64,000 nt of DNA from Eledone cirrhosa (taxonomy: Eukaryota). The translations under genes were made by a program, and so were the position numbers. Position 1 is the first letter of the stretch; each line of letters begins with the position of its first letter. Shown here piece after piece: positions 60,651 through 64,000 of the stretch. Location: positions 434,001 through 498,000 of the forward strand of contig OZ024749.1 of assembly GCA_964016885.1 (NCBI GenBank), in the 5' to 3' direction. The notes under the pieces are model-generated. The model was not told the origin of the DNA. It did no database searches and saw only the letters and a list, made by a program, of their open reading frames with translations.

Positions 60651-60875
60651 ATATATACTGTAGTGGTGTATATAGTAGTGACATTATATATACTGTATAT
60701 GTGGTGTATATAGTAGAGACATTATATATACTGTATATGTGGTGTATATAGTAGTGACATTATATATACTGTATATGTGGTGTATATAGTAGAGACATTA
60801 TATATACTCTCTATCTGGTGTATATAGTAGAGACATTATATATACTGTATATCTGGTGTATATAGTAGTGACATT

Positions 60876-61060
60876 CGGTGGATTGGCAGTATCGGTAGAG
60901 GGTCGGACGCCATGCTTTCCAGCATAGTTACGTCCCTTTACGATCTGAGTTCAAATCCCGCCGAGGTTGACTTTGCCTTTCATCCTTACGGGGTCGATAA
61001 AATAAAGTACCAGTAATGCACTGGGTAATTGCTGGCCTTGTGCCTAAAGTAGAAACAATT
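60876..61060 (+). mobile_element. Meta-domain-like tRNA SINE in the minisatellite (copy 2)
   Basis: A and B boxes, core gcctttcatccttacggggtcgataaa, ends gtagaaacaatt. Confidence 0.9.
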
Positions 61061-61952
61061 ATATATACTGTATATGTGGTGTATATAGTAGTGACATTAT
61101 ATATACTGTATATGTGGTGTATATAGTAGAGACATTATATATACTCTCTATGTGGTGTATATAGTAGACATTATATATACTGTATATGTGGTGTATATAG
61201 TAGTGACATTATATATACTGTGTATGTGGTGTATATAGTAGAGACATTATATATACTGTATATGTGGTGTATATAGTAGTGACATTATATATACTGTACA
61301 TGTGGTGTATATAGTAGTGACATTATATATACTGTATATGTGGTGTATATAGTAGTGACATTATATATATACTGTACATGTGGTGTATATAGTAGTGACA
61401 TGATATATACACTGTATATGTGGTGTATATAGTAGTGACATTATATATACTGTATATGTGGTGTATATAGTAGAGACATTATATATACTGTGTATGTGGT
61501 GTAGATAGTAGAGACATTATATATACTGTATATGTGGTGTATATAGTAGAGACATTATATATACTGTATATGTGGTGTATATAGTAGAGACATTATATAT
61601 ACTGTATATGTGGTGTAGATAGTAGAGACATTATATATACTGTATATGTGGTGTATATAGTAGAGACATTATATATACTGTACATGTGGTGTATATAGTA
61701 GTGACATTATATATACTGTATATGTGGTGTATATAGTAGTGACATTATACATACTGTATATGTGGTGTAGATAGTAGAGACATTATATATACTGTATATG
61801 TGGTGTATATAGTAGAGACATTATATATACTCTCTATGTGGTGTTATAGTAGAGACATTATATATACTGTACATGTGGTGTATATAGTAGTGACATTATA
61901 TATATACTGTACATGTGGTGTATATAGTAGTGACATTATATATACTATATAA

Positions 61953-62142
61953 GGGTGGTGGATTGGCAGTATCGGTAGAGAGTCGGACGGTATGCTTTGA
62001 CGCATAGAGTTACGGCCCTTGCCATTCTGAGTTCAAATCCCGCCGAGGTTAACTTTGCCTTTCATCCTTACGGGGTCGATAAAATAAAGTACCAGTAATG
62101 TACTGGGTAATTGCTGGCCTTGTGCCAAAAGTATAAACAATT
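61953..62142 (+). mobile_element. Meta-domain-like tRNA SINE in the minisatellite (copy 3)
   Basis: A and B boxes, same core, ends gtataaacaatt. Confidence 0.9.
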
Positions 62143-64000
62143 ATATATACTGTATATGTGGTGTATATAGTAGAGACATTATATATACTGTATATGTGGT
62201 GTAGATAGTAGAGACATTATATATACTGTATATGTGGTGTAGATAGTAGTGACATTATATATACTGTATATGTGGTGTAGATAGTAGTGACATTATATAT
62301 ACTGTATATGTGGTGTATATAGTAGTGACATTATATATACTGTATATGTGGTGTATATAGTAGAGACATTATATATACTGTATATGTGGTGTATATAGTA
62401 GAGACATTATATATACTGTATATGTGGTGTATATAGTAGAGACATTATATATACTGTATATGTGGTGTATATAGTAGAGACATTATATATACTGTATATG
62501 TGGTGTATATAGTAGAGACATTATATATACTGTACATGTGGTGTATATAGTAGTGACATTATATATACTGTATATGTGGTGTATATAGTAGTGACATTAT
62601 ATATATACTGTACATGTGGTGTATATAGTAGTGACATTATATATACTGTATATGTGGTGTATATAGTAGTGACATTATATATACTGTACATGTGGTGTAG
62701 ATAGTAGTGACATTATATATATACTGTATATGTGGTGTATATAGTAGAGACATTATATATACTGTATATGTGGTGTAGATAGTAGAGACATTATATATAC
62801 TGTATATGTGGTGTAGATAGTAGTGACATTATATATATACTGTACATGTGGTGTAGATAGTAGTGACATTATATATACTGTATATGTGGTGTATATAGTA
62901 GAGACATTATATATACTGTATATGTGGTGTAGATAGTAGTGACATTATATATATACTGTATATGTGGTGTATATAGTAGAGACATTATATATACTGTATA
63001 TGTGGTGTATATAGTAGAGACATTATATATACTGTATATGTGGTGTAGATAGTAGTGACATTATATATATACTGTATATGTGGTGTATATAGTAGAGACA
63101 TTATATATACTGTATATGTGGTGTAGATAGTAGAGACATTATATATATATTGTATATGTGGTGTATATAGTAGAGACATTATATATACTGTATATGTGGT
63201 GTAGATAGTAGAGACATTATATATACTGTATATGTGGTGTAGATAGTAGTGACATTATATATATACTGTACATGTGGTGTATATAGTAGTGACATTATAT
63301 ATACTGTACATGTGGTGTAGATAGTAGTGACATTATATATATACTGTATATGTGGTGTAGATAGTAGAGACATTATATATACTGTATATGTGGTGTAGAT
63401 AGTAGTGACATTATATATACTGTATATGTGGTGTAGATAGTAGTGACATTATATATACTGTATATGTGGTGTATATAGTAGTGACATTATATATATACTG
63501 TATATGTGGTGTATATAGTAGTGACATTATATATACTGTACATGTGGTGTATATAGTAGTGACATTATATACACTGTATATGTGGTGTATATAGTAGTGA
63601 CATTATATATACTGTATATGTGGTGTATATAGTAGTGACATTATATATACTGTATATGTGGTGTATATAGTAGAGACATTATATATATACTGTATATGTG
63701 GTGTATATAGTAGTGACATTATATATACTGTACATGTGGTGTATATAGTAGTGACATTATATATACTGTATATGTGGTGTATATAGTAGTGACATTATAT
63801 ATACTGTATATGTGGTATATATAGTAGTGACATTATATATACTGTACATGTGGTGTATATAGTAGTGACATTATATATACTGTACATGTGGTGTATATAG
63901 TAGTGACATTATATATACTGTATATGTGGTGTAGATAGTAGTGACATTATATATACTGTATTGCAGTTCTTGACTACATCTATCTATATATCTAAAACAG

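Larger units (their letters stand above)
60385..63960. repeat. 38-bp minisatellite (acattatatatactgtatatgtggtgtatatagtag[a/t]g)n with 40-bp variants
   Basis: Dozens of near-identical tandem units. Confidence 0.97.

Noticed and set aside
60385-63960. CRISPR-like array
   Set aside because: The 38-bp units are head-to-tail with no unique spacers, there are no cas genes, and the context is eukaryotic.

Overview
Eukaryotic, AT-rich and transposon-dense window. It is most likely a coleoid cephalopod such as Octopus; this is inferred from the long degenerate (TA)n arrays, RTE LINEs with (GAT)n tails, Meta-domain-like tRNA SINEs and a tandem C2H2 zinc-finger exon. The only host-like gene is a 17-finger C2H2 ZNF ORF (34758-36314, minus). 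Its degenerate downstream fingers are split by a piggyBac insertion. The rest is RTE and CR1-group LINEs, two Penelope-like elements (PLEs, one Naiad-like with direct pseudo-LTRs and one with an inverted pLTR), Helitrons, Tc1/mariner remnants, SINEs, (TA)n arrays and a 38-bp minisatellite at the right end. The main signal missing from the ORF track is a high density of hammerhead-ribozyme motifs: about 14 clear or plausible copies from about 7 sequence families, plus degenerate ones. They include non-canonical cores (U3-A8, CCGAAGA) and are often arranged as inverted foldback pairs in non-coding elements embedded in TA microsatellite. All ribozyme calls come from manual motif and base-pairing inspection, and none has been tested for activity. 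The many Tyr/Ile-rich ORFs are microsatellite artefacts.
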